From positions 347,014,001 through 347,078,000 of the forward strand of contig OZ024741.1 in NCBI GenBank assembly GCA_964016885.1: a stretch of 64,000 nucleotides of DNA. Direction: 5' to 3'. This document shows positions 42,481 through 57,950 of this stretch, one piece after another. The notes below the pieces were generated by a model, which made no database searches, was not told the DNA's origin, and saw only the letters and a list, made by a program, of their open reading frames with translations. The position numbers and the translations under genes were made by a program. Numbering within the stretch: the first letter of the stretch is position 1; the number at the start of each line of letters is the position of its first letter. Source of the DNA: Eledone cirrhosa (lineage: Eukaryota).

Positions 42481-43598
42481 GCAGTCAGAGACAATATATT
42501 ATCTGAGATTAATAAATAGCTGTAATTAGATATATATAGAACAATAATTTACGTTTAAAAAAAACATGTCATATTTATTTTAATGTCAAAATCTAAATTA
42601 AAATTCTCATAAAGAAAAAGGATTCAGAAAAATGCTATTTAACAAATTTAAATATTAAATGACATAAAAAAGCATAACGACACCAAATTGAAGTCAGCAT
42701 TCATTTCTTTCAATTGAAATTGATGAAAGCAAATAATAAAATTGTACATTTAGTTTCCCTTGACAAATCAACCAGAGATTTTTTTCACTGATACAGCATT
42801 ATAATATTTCAAATCCACATATACAATCAAGCACACACAACCAATCCAAGAAAATTCAAAATATATAACATTTCAGTCTTGAACTTACATAATGCCGTTC
42901 AAAGAGCCAATGTCCTTTTCTTGGCCGCTTATTATATTCCCAGTCTGGAATTTGCTTTTGAAATGGCAAGAGCTCAGCTGTCAGGCCTCCTGTAGTAAAC
43001 AGCTGACGAAGGGAAACTTTTCATCGCTTGTTTGTGTTCCAATTACCTTCTATCATTTCGTTTTCAGTAACCACACAGCCTCACCTCTTAACCCATATTT
43101 TTGAATATATAATATATATATTACATACATACACGCCTTGACTTGCACACACACACGCACATATGTATCTATATCTACCTATCTATCTATTTATATATAT
43201 GTATATACAAATCAGAGTATTTTTATGTATATATGCATATATCATAATTACGCTTCTACCCATTTACAAGAATCAGTCTTCACAGAGACGCTTCGAACAT
43301 CGTGCGATCTATTGTGAATGTCCGCCCAACTTACATTCCGGTAAAATTTCTTAATTATTTGACTTTGTGTTTTAAAGAAGTCAATAAAATATATCGCTTA
43401 TAAATTACCAGAATCGATACACTCGAATATAACACATGACTGTTTAAGCCAGGATGTTGGTAGCAGCATCACTGAGAAACATAAAATAATAAAGAAATTA
43501 AGTTTGTCTTTTATACGTTTGAGTAAAATAACGGTTATCGATGACAGTTAATTTAGTATATACTACTCGTCATTTAGTTCCTACACTTTCGTTGTTTG

Positions 43599-43640
<42 letters not shown>

Positions 43641-44292
43641 ATATATTTATTCATTTATTCGATTCAGATGTGGTTAAAATGTATTGTTTATTTCTTTATT
43701 TCACTTTAATAGGACTAAATTTGTTTTTAATGAAAATTAAATAACATTTGATTTGAAATCTAAGCGGAAAACCTAAAAGATAAAAATAAAAGAAGTGCAC
43801 ATCAGGAAAGCAAACAGCCAATTTAGAAAAAAAAAAAAAAATGACAGTAAAAAATCGAAACTGACTCAAATGTGTTTTCGATACTAACAAAATAATATCG
43901 GCAGGCTATTTAAATATTCTGGCAGCTGTTTGATTTAAGTATTTAAAAATTAATTCAATGGAGCTATTTTGAGCCTGCCCGCGATTAACTAGATAGCCAG
44001 ACGCAATGCTATATTCTCTTCATTACAAGAAACTGTTACAAAAACAAGTAGCCCAGAGTACAACGGCATACATATAGATACACACACATTAACGAGAATA
44101 CTGTATTAACTATACAGACTTATTTATTTTCCCGGATGACTAATAGAGAAATCTAATTAAAACGATTGGTCTTTATATTTTAAAGCAATTATTTTCTTTT
44201 CTCAATTCGTAATGATGTATTCCTAAACTCTGAAGACAGATTTGTGTAGCTGGCAAGAATGTACACAGAAACACACAAAATACACAAACACT

Positions 44293-44337
<45 letters not shown>

Positions 44338-46014
44338 ACACACACACACATAAACACACACACACACACACACACACATACACACACACACACACATATA
44401 TACATATATGTGTGTGTATGTGTGTATGTGTGTATGTGTGTATGTGTGTGTGTACCTGTGTATGTGTGTATGGGTGTATGTGTGTATATATATATGTGAT
44501 TGTGACTTTGTGTGTATCGGTTTATCTCTATATCCGTGCATATGTAACAAACGCCTAATAATTACCAGAATAATTATAATAATATTAATTTATGAAATTG
44601 AAAATTCAAAATTGCAAAGCAATAGGTAATGATGCACATACACAAACACTATACAATTTCTCGCTCACACAGAAAAGTGAGCTTATATGTATTTGTTATA
44701 ATACGAAGATATCAATAAATATACATAAAATATTATTAAAAGGTTACACAAAATTAACAATGGAGTAACAGTTGAACACCTGTAAAATTGTCCAGTTTTA
44801 ATAATTTATTGGAACTGTTACTCTAAGTGTGTGTTCGTGTTTTCTCCTAGATTGTTTAACTAATGAACAAATATGGAAACATATTCATAACATGGAGGTA
44901 CGAACATATGTGCAACACACAATGAATTACAGACTTGCCAACATCTTGATACCTAAACGGGGAAAACCATGAATAAAACTGACCCAAAATTGGAAGAAAT
45001 GAAGCAAAATGGGGAGGTTTTATATAATGAAAGCTATACTGATGTTCACAAGAGACGGCATCTCTCACACACCCCTAAGTGGGTAGGAGATCTCCCCGTC
45101 CGACGAGGAGAGTTGACAGGTCTGGAATTATAACTGAATCAATCTCTTAGTGATCATATGGTTATATTGGATAGACAAGATGTATATATATATTATATTG
45201 GATCAATAAAGATCTAGTCATCAATGGGAACACATCAATATACAACACAACTTGTAAATATGTATTAACATTAGTATGAGTATATGGAACTGTGTCTACG
45301 TATTAATTGAATTAACAATACTTTGTCGCATGCCAGTCTAGTTGATCACCGATGTTATTTAAATAGATACAACGGACATGGCGTAATTAAGCTTGATTTC
45401 AACAGGGTTCGTCGATTGAAGCGATAAAATACATCACAAAAAATTAGCTGACATCGAATAACAATTATATATATATATATATACTAGCAGCAGTATCCAG
45501 CGTTGCCTAGGTAGGTAAAATAATATCTGCTTTGATGAAAAGGTGTTGATCTTAGCGGCTGCTTCTCGATGACTCATCTATGGCCACACACAGGCCATGC
45601 GGGCGAGGGTGGTGATGACGTCTAGCAGTGAGAAACGCGGGTAACTGACTAAGGGGCATGCTGGGGGAGGGAGTTTCGAATTTGAACGAAATCGGTTGAA
45701 AAATGTGGGAGCTAGTGGTTTAAATGCGCGATCGGGTGTCCAGCCCGACTATTTCTATGCCTCGCGCATATACATACACATGAAACCATGTATATACACA
45801 TATTCATATACATACATATGTACATGTGTATATACATATTTACACACTTTTGGATGGCCTTTGACTCTTTAGAGTTCTTCCGCCCTTTGTCAGGTTTTGT
45901 TTTTTGTCATGCAGGGTGTCCAATATTACCCTCCACACCAAGTAAACATGGTGGGGTTGCCAACTTAGTCGCCGACGAGCCGACCATGGTATATATATAT
46001 ATATATATATGATA

Positions 46015-46185
46015 AAGAAAGTGTGGTAGGAAGCAAGGTGGACCATAACGCACCTGAGTATGCGATGCTTAGTGTAGTAGAGTGGGTAATAAGAAAAGAG
46101 ATGGCTGAGCTCCGGCCGTTTCGACAGCGTTCGGATCGAGCTGTCGAAACGGCCGGAGCTCAGCCAACGGTGTCCTGACTGATTT

Positions 46186-46190
<5 letters not shown>
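46015..46190. mobile_element. Short fold-back of family B
   Basis: GGCTGAGCTCCGGCCGTTTCGACAGC / GCTGTCGAAACGGCCGGAGCTCAGCC hairpin. Confidence 0.75.
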
Positions 46191-46275
<85 letters not shown>

Positions 46276-46280
46276 TATAT

Positions 46281-47790
46281 AAAGGTTTACATATACATAA
46301 AGTTATAGATGTATATGCTGCAACCGGTCACTTTTAGGCTCTATGAAGAATTAATAAATTAAATAATCAGAGCAATATATCATAAATCATGTCCTTAGAA
46401 TTATTAGATAAAATATATACCATTTCCTCTTCCAATTAGCATAATTAACCATATAAAAAATCAATTAGACCAAGCCATAAGAAGAAAGGCTCTTATGAAG
46501 AAATCTCCGACAAAGAACCGAAAGTGGCCTCTTCGCGGTGGCCCCAATAGAGTATTTATCCAACATTTCGACAGCATGTAGAAACTGACTAAATATACCA
46601 TCAACCATACACAATTAGGTGTCAAATTAAACTTAGAAGAAATGTGTACATACCGTAATTATATCTCTACCATGGATTCATCCGTATTTTTAGACATCCA
46701 ATTAATAGGAATGTCTTGAGTTAGGATTCATCAGGAGACAAACTCAAAATCAGACATTTAGTTTTCCAACTTGATCGCGCCAAAATTAGATTAAAAATGG
46801 CTAAGAATCGCTATGTGGCTGTGGTCAATCTAGAAAGAATGTGATTGGTTGCTTACGGCGGGTAGGCTTGTTGCTAGAAAGCGCAGCCAAATATCGCCAA
46901 ATTGAATCTCAACCTAACGGGAGATTATTAAATATAAAGGTTTACATATACATAAAGTTATAGATATATATGCTGTAACCGGTCACTTTTAGGCTCTATG
47001 AAGAATTAATAAATTAAATAATCAGAGCAATATATCATAAATCATGTACTTAGAATTATTAGATAAAATATATACAATTTCCGCCTCTTCCAATTAGCAT
47101 AATTAATCATATAAAAAATCAATTAGACCAAGCTATAGGAAGAAAGGCTCTTATGCAGAAATCTCCGACAAAGAACCGAAAGTGGCCTCTTCGAGGTGGC
47201 CCCAATAGAGTATTTATCCATCATTTCGACAGCATGTAGAAACTGACTAAATATACCATCAACCATACACAATTAGGTGTAAAATTAAACTTAGAAAAAA
47301 TGTGTACATACCGTAAATATATCTCTACCATGGTTCTAGCTTGACCACAGCCACATAGCGATTCTTAGCCACTTTTGAATCTAATTTTGGCGCGATCAAG
47401 TTGGAAAACTAAATGTCTGATTTTGAGTTTGTCTCCTGATGAATCCTAACTCAAGACATTCCTATTAATTGGATGTCTAAAAATACGGATGAAACCATGG
47501 TAGAGATATAATTACGGTATGTACACATTTCTTCTAAGTTTAATTTGACACCTAATTGTGTATAGTTGATGGTATATTTAGTCAGTTTCTGCATGCTGTG
47601 GAAATGTTGGATAAATACTCTATTGGGGCCACCGCGAAGAGGCCACTTTCGGTTATTTGTCGGAGATTTCTTCATAAGAGCCTTTCTTCTTATAGCTTGG
47701 TCTAATTGATTTTTTATATTGTTAATTATGCTAATTGGAAGAGGAAATGGTATATATTTTATCTAATAATTCTAAGGACATGATTTATGA
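46281..47790. mobile_element. Fold-back HHR element, family A subfamily 2 (~657-nt unit)
   Basis: AAAGGTTTACATATACATAAAG at 46281 and ~46936; inverted arm ~47335-47790; HHR at 46663-46739 (-, GAAT mutant). Confidence 0.85.
47431..47507 (+). ncRNA. Canonical-core HHR (family A2)
   Basis: GTCTC CTGATGA ATCC...GGAT GAAA CCATGG TA GAGAT. Confidence 0.85.
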
Positions 47791-49039
47791 TATATATATA
47801 TATATATATACATGCTTGGGTTAGTGTGAGTCGGGGAAGTTAATGTGTGTTCGAGAGTCTGTGTGTATTTGTATGTTTATAAACGTGTTTATGTGTGTGT
47901 GATTAATTTAGTGATATTCATCCTCCTAAATGTATTGTCTTATGACCGTTATAATCAATATCGGAAAACTGTTGTTTTAAACATTTCATACACTATATCA
48001 CTTCATATTGGAATTGTTTTTTGACGTTATGTGCCATCTTATTCATGGGGCATTCTGTTTAAAGTAGGATTATGCTGTTCCTACTAGTTCTTTGAGTTAT
48101 TTGGTAGCGGCTCTTTCCTTTAGAATCTTTTGGCGAAGTAATTTTTTTTAATGCCAAAATGACGAAGAATTTATTTGGACAATTTTGACAACACTGCCGT
48201 CTTTTAATTTGTAATTCATTTTTAATTTCCTTCTCTAATATTTCGAAAACTATTCCCACTTTTTAATGCATGTTCGTGTATTTAATGCATTTTCGTGTAT
48301 TTATTTTCCCGAATGTTGTTTTTAAAAAAATATGGGCATGTGTGCCATTGTTTTTATGCGCAATTTCAAATTATTTTATTATTCTATTTCCATTTTGTTG
48401 CTCCATTCAATTTCTGCCTTTCCCTTTCCTTTGGAGATGTGCTTCCTGTCTAAATATTACTGTTTGTCATTAGCTATGGGAAGCAAAAAATGGACATTAT
48501 AAAATTTCAGAACTGATAAACATTTTTTTTTTTAAATGCCATCAATGGCAAAAACGCACACCAATAAGACAACATGATGTCACTTTCCTGGAAAATACCC
48601 GATAAAAAGTGACAGGAATGATACATCAAATGTAGTCATTTAAACAGGTAAAACTACGACCCAGTCCCTCAAATCAGCTGCTATCATCTAGAGGATGAAT
48701 GCTGGAATGCCTTACGACGTTTATTGTAATATGAAAATACATGGGATTAAATACGTTGCTATGCAACACATAATAGTTTTCTCGATTAGTTGCGGTTAAA
48801 GTGCGGTTACATTACAAAAACAATTAGTTGATACAATTATGTGTGTGGATTTTAGACCTGAAAATATATCTACTCAAATGCAACGCATAATTGTTCAAAA
48901 TTAAAATGGAATATTTTGGAGAAAACAAAAAAACAACATAATGTATCATGTATATACATATACATGATAAATTATGTCGACCGACTTGATACCAGATCCT
49001 CTCAAATTGGACCAACGAAACAATGTTTCCATTAGTCTT

Positions 49040-49181
49040 TCCATTTGCCAATACTATCTACCAGTCGCAAATCCAAGCAGAAGGAGCAACGAGAAATAAT
49101 GTGTCTTGCTCAACGATATAACGCATCCCTGATCCTCGAAGCGAACTCACAACCTCACGATTGCGAACCCAATTGTCCAAC

Positions 49182-49182
<1 letters not shown>
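49040..49182 (-). mobile_element. Degenerate tRNA-derived SINE head
   Basis: TGTCTTGCTCAACG..ACGCA..GAACTCACAACC..CGATTGCGAACC resembles a reverse-complement SINE head. Confidence 0.45.
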
Positions 49183-49277
<95 letters not shown>

Positions 49278-49353
49278 GTATTGAAGTTTCCGTTGAAAAT
49301 TGAAAAAGACATACGAGTGAAGAGTGCTCTATGTAAGTACCAGAGCAAAATTT

Positions 49354-51207
49354 AATGTATAAAAAACAATACAATATAATTACCTCATTACCAGAGGTTT
49401 CCCGAATAAGACGAATACGAAAGAAACGTCTTCATTCGTTCGTCGAACGAGGCAATATAAAACATACTGAAATATTTGGTAAGTCTCCTCAAGAAATGCA
49501 AAAAAAATAAAAATAAAAAATAAATAAATAGACATATAAAATAAATAGACATATAAATAAATAAATAGATAGACATATAAAATAAATAGACATAAAAAAT
49601 ATATTAAAATGTTTAAGGAAATATAGTTAGGTGTGTGTATATGTAAGTATATACACTCACAGATGTACATTTGTATATATGTACAAATGCGTGTGTATAG
49701 TGAAAATGTGTGCGTAAATATATGTCTGAGGGCAAGTAAATCTGTGTATGTGTAACCACAAACACAGACATAATATGAGTGTCTGATTGACAGGTATTCG
49801 GAAAACAGGGTATTAGATACATTATAAGAATATGAAGGCACGCGTATAAGCACACACACACGCGCGTACACTTATATGCGGAAGAAAAAAAGGTAAGGGA
49901 GTGTAATAGTTAAAAGAAAGTGTCATTCTAGATATATTTATAAAAATTGAACAATAATTTAGAAAGAAAAAATTGCAAAGTAAAGAAAAGAAAACAAATA
50001 AGGTACACGCGTACATACACATATATCTATAAGAGACATATATCTATAAAAAAAAATATATATATATACACGCAATACGTGCAGACAAAAGCGTACGCAA
50101 GCGTACATACATACACAGGATGCACATATATATATACACATACACATCGCCCCATGTATATATAATCACACGTACGTACGCGACTGTATACACATACACA
50201 TATACACACATATAAATATATATATATACATACGCACATATACACATCCATACATGCATTACGTACACAGACACACACACACACATACATACACTCACGC
50301 ACATTGACCCGCTTACATTCACATACATAAAAATAAGAATGTAAAAGAACATAGATGTAAAAACACAGATATAAAAACACACATACATACACATATATAT
50401 ATATACACGCACGCGCGCGCACATACGGAGGCGTTCGTGTACATATACAGAAAGTATACACACATAAAGACGCTCAGACACATAGATACAGGGTGTAAAA
50501 ACAGCCTTAAGAATAAGTGAGTACAAATATAAAAATATGAAATTGGCTGCGAAATAAAAGAACATATCTGGAGTGGAAAACGCAAGTGACCAGTATAATC
50601 AGGTAGTGAAGAAAATAGGGAAGTGAAAAGTGGAAAGTGAAGATATTAGGTAAATGAACAGTTAAAATGCTGATATCGAGAATGACACTTTCTTTTAACT
50701 ATTACACACCCTTACCTCTTTTTCTTCTGCATATAAGTGTACGCGCGTTTGTGTGTGTTTATACGCGTGCCTTCATATTCTTATAATGTATCTAATACCC
50801 TGTTTTCTGTATACCTGTCAAGCAGACACTCATATTATGTCTGTGTTTGTGGTTACATATACACAGATATACTTGCCCTCATACATATATTTACGCACAC
50901 ATGTTCACTATACACACGCATTTTACATACATACATATCTACATCTGTGAGTGTATATACATACATATACACACACCTAACTATATTTCCTTAAAATTAT
51001 TTTAATATATTTTATATGTCTATTGCATTACATTTATTTATATATATATAATTTTTTTTTTGCATTTCTTGAGGAGACTTTCCAAATATTTCACTATGTT
51101 TTATATTGCCTCGTCCGACGAACGAATGAAGACGTTTCTTTCGTATTCGTCTTATTCGGGAAACCTCTGGTAATGAGGTAATTATATTGTATTGTGTTTT
51201 ATACATT
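49354..51207. mobile_element. Fold-back HHR element, family F, ~550-bp arms
   Basis: ~49354-49930 is inverted at ~50680-51207; HHR at 49380-49455 (-) and 51106-51181 (+). Confidence 0.85.
51106..51181 (+). ncRNA. HHR, U4C core variant (family F)
   Basis: TTGCCTCGT CCGACGA A CGAAT G AAGACG..CGTCTT ATTCG G GAAA CC TCT GG TA ATGAGGTAA; 9-bp helix I. Confidence 0.7.
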
Positions 51208-51755
51208 ACCTATATATATATAAAGAATTAGTATATCTACCAACATATATATACAAATGCATACACATGCTACCAAATATATAAGTTTTGTCGTAGTAAC
51301 TGTGTGGTTCAATTCACGGTGATGCATTGATAGATATACTAATTCTTTATAATTACCTCCAAATTATTTTGTTGAGCAAAAATCTGCCAAAACTGCTACT
51401 ATAGTTCATAGTAATAGTTCGGCTACTGACTTCTTAACACCCCACTCCTCACTGATTAACCTCGATGTCACGTGATTGATTCTTTTGAATTTGCCTCCGA
51501 CAAGTAGTCAGTGATTTTTTCAATGTCTTGGAATTTAGTCCACGCTTGCTTTTTTACATCCACTGAATTATTTTGTATAAGTTCCCTGTGTCCACGCATC
51601 GCCCGGGAACTTAGCTGAGAATAGACTTCCTGATGACGAAAGGCCCTCTCCATGCGTTCCATTCGGGAACCATGTTTATTCCCTTTCAGAAACTAATTAG
51701 TTGGAGTGAAATTTTAGTAAGTAAGTTAATTTTTATAATTTTCTTTACGTTTTCC

Positions 51756-51804
<49 letters not shown>

Positions 51805-52649
51805 TTACAACAATCACAAACCAAATACATAATGGTTGTTGGATTAGCCCCAACACAATTGGGCAGTCACATTGAGATGGATTACTTCAGAGGCGGTTCT
51901 TCAGCGTATAAGAACTTTCTAAAGCAAAGGGTAGGGTACTCTAAATTTCTCCATTAAATAAATAAATAAATTATGGTTAAACCCTATAAGTGTAAGGGAG
52001 ATAGTTCCAACAACAATGAGGGGGTGCATTTTAAGTGCAGAGATTTTTCACATCCATATTGCAATGTATTTTGATATTTGCTTTCAAGGGCTAAGCATTC
52101 GGAGGAAAATCCAGATATCAATTCGACATATGTTTTAATTTGTCAGTTGATTTGACAATTATATATGCCATTTAAAATATATATAGAAGCCGGGCGATGC
52201 AGATGCAAACTAAAATCATTCGCAGATTTTCTCGAAACCATATTACCCTGAATTATTCCTCGCACAGAAATATTGAAAGAAATGTCGGAAGAATTCATAG
52301 AAATATTTAAAATTAAGTTATATTCCCTCAACCACTAATCAGACAAACATTATGCATTTGCCACGTGAAGATATTTCAAAATAATTCAATAATTTTTTCA
52401 AATTAATAAAATAAATATTTTCACATTTTTATGTAATCGAAACGAATATGTTTGGTTTGGGAGATGTTATATACGAGGTGCAAAGGATTTATCAGAAATG
52501 TGATGGTTTGAAACTATATTGAAAACTATTTCTTTAATTACTTTTATAGCAAAATGCTGATGAAGATTTTGAAAATACAATAATTTCAGAATTTTATTAA
52601 TGTAAATATTCTATACAACTGTATGTGTCATCATAGGTTTTAATTATAC

Positions 52650-55301
52650 TGTAGTGACCTACATTCCGCGGGCTCACATACATTCTCTGTGCGTGATTTG
52701 GCTCAGCTCAGCCAATCAGCGCCAGTAGAAGAGGATGTATCCGTACGCGTTCTGAGGGAGAAATAGCCCTCAAAGATTTGACGACGCTATCACTCGCAGC
52801 TGGACCATGCTGAAGTAAACACCGATTGTTCTTTTGCTCCGTAAGCACAAACAATATGTAACGACAAAACATTCCTACGGAACTGGCTAAACGCCTCAGC
52901 CAGTCGACCGTATTTTCTCTTGAAATCTTAATTGAATTATTTCATCTCTCTTGGCATGCAGCTTAATTCACTTCTTAACCGTGGTTAATAAATTATGTAA
53001 AAACAAGCTAAAGTCGTTGTCGATATTCCTATCATAAACTGATTCCTCGTGGCAACATTACAACTCTCGAAATATACTTCTCTGCTAAATTGGTACTTAT
53101 ATACCTCAACCAAATTGGTGACTTATATTCAACAAAGAGAAACATTCCTTTCCTTTCTTGGCGCCCTCGACGATTAAGTATGAAAACGCAGCCTATTTGA
53201 ATTCGCCATTCGTTTAACATTTGGAATGTTCGAATCGGGTAGCTAGACTCACTTAGCGTAAGTCCATAAAATTCATAATATTTCATTTGTTGAAGCACGC
53301 GGCTTGCACAATATTTCTGACATAACTTTCATGGTCACACTATTGACTCACGCATACAGACGAACACAAAATTACAACAAAAAAGAAAGAGTTTTTTCGA
53401 CGACTAACAACAAATTACTCTTTTGGATTGAAAATTCTGCGATGTCTTCTATCCGGTTGAGGTGGTTTGGTATATTTCTATTGGTTGATAAAATGAGTAC
53501 GGTGACCACCGACTAAGAACAACTTGCTTTGCGAGCATAGTTTGATAAAAGAAAAAAAAAATTGAAAAAAAGGATTTCTCTGGATATAGAATTTTGCTTT
53601 CAGCGTTCTGTTAAAATTACAAATCGAGACACAGAGATTTTGTTTTCCCGCGTTCAGCTTCTCTTCTTCAATCCCAGTCATCTGATTGGCTGCATCGTGC
53701 CACATGACGGCTTCTTCATCACGAACACATTTTTCAATCAGCCATCTTGGATTTTCTTGCGAATAATTTTCATAGAAAATCATTTTTTTTATTATTAAAA
53801 TTTTCTTTAGAATATTTTTTAAAGAAAAAAAATTAGCAGTATTTCAAAAACTTTACGCCGCGAGGAAATTTCAAAATGGCTACCACCAAGTGCCAGCCAT
53901 CGGCAGCAACACATGGCTAACTATTAACCAATACCAGGAAACGGCTTGTAACTTTACCGACTCAACCACCATACCTTCTGTCTCGTTACCACAAGGACTC
54001 GAGAAATTAAGACATTAGTTTTCTCACCATTATGGCGTCAGACGTGGCTGCCATATTGGTGACTATAGGTTCTTCAACGCTAGACTTCGACTCTACAGAA
54101 GATTCATTGTGACTTTGCTTTAACAACAACAACCCTACTAGCTGCCTAGTAAGAGCGTTCCCAAAGAAAAAAGAAGCGAACTTTTTGTTAATAGAAAAGA
54201 AACAATTCTTTCTTTCTTCCTTTTTTTTTTCAGGCATTTATTTTGGACATTTATTTTTTTTTAAACTGTATTATATGAAAATTCATTTCTCTCTATCATT
54301 GTATATTGACTGCACGCACACATTTTCTTGTTTATATTACATGGAACTGCAACCCACCTACAGATTCAACTTGCTTTTTTTTCTTATCAAAGCAACCAGC
54401 CATTTTTTCCTGGCTCCCTAGTACATTCGGTAATACATCTGGGAGGCCAACATTTTCTCGCCTACCCATCATCTTCTTGCCAACACTGGTAAACTACCAC
54501 AATAGCTTCGTCCACAGCTACTGGTACAACACTTACCATTAACATTTAATGCAAGAACAGCAACTTCGCCCATGTCAGACTTTATCTGTTTTCTGGTAGA
54601 CCTTTGGTGGTCACGTATAAACTACAAAACAGCTAGTCATTTGACAGCGGCTCAACACGGCCCGTCGCGCCTCATTTTTTTTTCTTGCATGCATCTTTCT
54701 GCACAATTATTTTTTCACTGATGTGCTCTTTCAGCATTTGTTCATGCTGATTCAATAATCTGTGGGTCCTCGGCTTCATCGTTAACGATTTTCGGCTAAA
54801 AATCTGCTCGGAGATGATGTAGTGACCTACATTCCGCGGGCTCGCATACATTCTCTGTGCGTGATTTGGCTCAGCTCAGCCAATCAGCGCCAGTAGAAGA
54901 GGATGTATCCTTACGCGTTCTGAGGGAGAAATAGCCCGCAAAGATTTGAGGACGCTATCACTCGCAGCGGGACCATGCTAAAGTAAACACCGCTTGTTCT
55001 TTTGCTCCGTTCTTTTGCTACGGAACTGGCTAAACGCCTTAGCCAGTCGACCGTATTTTCTCTTGTAATCTTAATTGAATTATTTCATTTCTCTTGGCAT
55101 GCCAGCATAATTCACTTCTTAACCGTGGTTAATAAATTATGTAAAAACAAGCTAAAGTCGTTGTCGATATTCCTATCATAAACTGATTCCTCGTGGCAAC
55201 ATTACAACTCTCGAAATATACTTCTCTGCTAAATTGGTACTTATATACCTCAACCAAATTGGTGACTTATATTCAACAAAGAGAAACATTCCTTTCCATT
55301 A
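52650..55301 (+). mobile_element. Internally deleted LTR retrotransposon (probably Gypsy/Ty3)
   Basis: Direct repeats 52650-~53157 and 54818-55301 starting TGTAGTGACC; PBS-like TGGCGCCC at 53159; candidate 4-bp TSD ATAC; no intact gag/pol. Confidence 0.85.
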
Positions 55302-55906
55302 ATACCATATTCTATTTAATATACATCACTTTCAGTAAAAACTTCAATGTTGAATGATTTCTCATTGCCTATGTTGGAAACGATTTAAGTGATGAGAAGT
55401 AAAATTATGTATAATGACATCAACAATCACGAAATACAGATCAATCTGTTGATTTCCTTCAATTTACGGATAAATGAATAAATATGTCATTATTAAAATG
55501 TTACTACAATAAATATGTTTGATGGCACGAATGTAACTTGCAGCTTACGTTAAATCATTTAATATGTGTGTACGGATATGAATTTAATACACATTTCAGC
55601 TGTATATAGCCTGATATTTTGCTACTATCATGTACTTTATGTAAATTAGCGGATCAAATTTGCTCATAAATCCAAAATTAATTGGAATTTAAAATATCTA
55701 GTCACGTATTTCACCGTTTATTAAGCAAAACAATTAATTAAATTCTTGTGGGAAACTTAACAGAAACTGAAACTTTTTTTCAAACATAAGGAAATACATA
55801 TTAATACAGGTTTGGCAGGATTGCTAAAATCCTGCAGGGTTTCTTTCGTTTCTAGTGTGCATCATTTCATCAGTGAACATTTGCACACACACACACACAT
55901 ACACAC

Positions 55907-56055
<149 letters not shown>

Positions 56056-56461
56056 TTTTATATATATATGAGGGAGGTTATAGAAATTGCGGTGCAAGAT
56101 GGACAACATTCCGGAAAGTAGTTGACAAATTAAGTTCTTTTGAAGCCCAGTGTGGAGTGTGTGAATTGTGGCCTGGGACAGAGAGGTGTTAAGTAGAATA
56201 GTTGGAGGGAATGGCAGGAGTGTCATTTCCAAGCCTTATATCCCCCAGGTGTGATGAGCACACAAGAGAAGGAACACATAAGATACCCTGACTAACCAAG
56301 AACATTCCGACTAGAATCCAACATCGTTTGCAACAACAAAAATGTGGACTCATGCGGCGAGGAAACTTTTTTAAACGAAGCAAGATGTTATACGTGACTG
56401 ACAGCTTTTTTAAAGAAAATATACAATTACAAGCAAACACACGCATACAAGCACACACACA

Positions 56462-56515
<54 letters not shown>

Positions 56516-56839
56516 TGCACACACAGATGCACACACAGACACACACACACATACGCACACACAGACATTGCCGTATTAGCTCAACTAAAGAACCCCTGAA
56601 CAATCTGATCCCATAAAACACAGACGTTGTGTGATACAAGGCAACGAACACACGATTTCTCCGCACTTTCATAAACATTTTTAATGACCTTGATATCTCT
56701 ATGGGAATGTTTATCTCGTCTGTGATATATTATTACTATGAACCTTTGTCCAATCTCTTCTAAATCTCACTCCCAAGTCATTTGATAACCTGAGTTAATT
56801 AAAAAAATATTTTTGCAACAATGTGAGCAATTATCCTAG

Positions 56840-57320
56840 AGCATTACTGGTATTTTATTTCATCGACTCCGTAAGGATGAAAGGCAAAGTTTACCTCGGC
56901 GAGATTTGAACTCAGACCGTAAAGGGTCGTAACTCAATGCTGCAAAGCATAGCGTCCTACCTTCTACCAATACTGCCAATCCAAGTGCTTGGATAATGGT
57001 TTCTTATATAGGCACAAGGCCAGCAATTTTGAGGGGAAGGGAAAATCGATTAAATCACCGTAGTGCGCGACTGGTACTTTATTTTATCCACCCGATAAGG
57101 ATGAAAGGCAAAGTTAACCTCGGCGAGATTTGAACTCAGATCATAAAGGGCCGTAACTCTATGCTGCAAAGTATGCCGGGCCGACCAATTACAGATACTG
57201 CCAATACACCACTCTGAGCGCTTGGATAAAAAAAACATTTCCCGAAGATGCTAGGCTGTAGGACTGAACTCAAAACAATGTAGTATTACACCCAACATCT
57301 AAACCACACAGCCACGTCTA
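56840..57320 (-). mobile_element. Cluster of tRNA-derived SINEs
   Basis: GGATGAAAGGCAAAGTT.ACCTCGGCGAGATTTGAACTCAG twice; a third head at ~57240-57320. Confidence 0.75.
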
Positions 57321-57786
57321 CATGCATTTGAATATATGCCTTTATACATCTATAGTAATTATGAAATGAAGATCGTTTTCCTTTTAATTTTTTATCATTT
57401 CTAGAAACGTCAGTCTTCTTTCAGTTTCATCTGTAAATAACATAGAATAAAGTGTTTATAATGCAATTATCGTTGTTAGATTTATGGTATTTATTTAAAT
57501 GTATTTTTCATTTCTTCCGTAGAGGCCCGTGATTGATTTCACTGGTGTCTTTTCATTTAAAATCAATGTTATCTTGGGAATTGCTATTGTTGTTGATGTC
57601 TTCATTAATGATAATTGTCACGTTAAAATGTATATGCCCTGAGAAATATATGTACATCACACAATAACTTTACACATCACCAGCATCCCCTACAATATAT
57701 GTTACCTTGTGATCAACTGAGAGATCAATAATAATGAGCCCATTAATTTTTTTCGTCGTCGTCGTCAATGTGATCCCCCAAAATAT

Positions 57787-57950
57787 TTCTTCTTCTTCTT
57801 CTTCTTCTTCTTCTTCTTCTTCTTCTTCTTCTTCTTCTTCTTCTTCTTCTTCAGCTATAATAATAATTATTATTATCATTATTATAGTTTATTATTATTA
57901 TCATCATCCTCATATTCATTATTATTGGTATTATTATTATTATTGTTCTT
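57787..57950. repeat. (TTC)n and (ATT)n microsatellites
   Basis: Read directly from the sequence. Confidence 0.95.

Noticed and set aside
42877-43060. Possible exon on either strand
   Set aside because: Weak acceptor on the plus strand; upstream stop and no acceptor on the minus strand; peptide not recognised
51625-51655. CTGATGACGAAAGGCC core-like motif
   Set aside because: No helix I and no helix II
52553-52590. CTGATGAAGATTTTGAAA
   Set aside because: Helices I and III do not pair; chance match in AT-rich DNA
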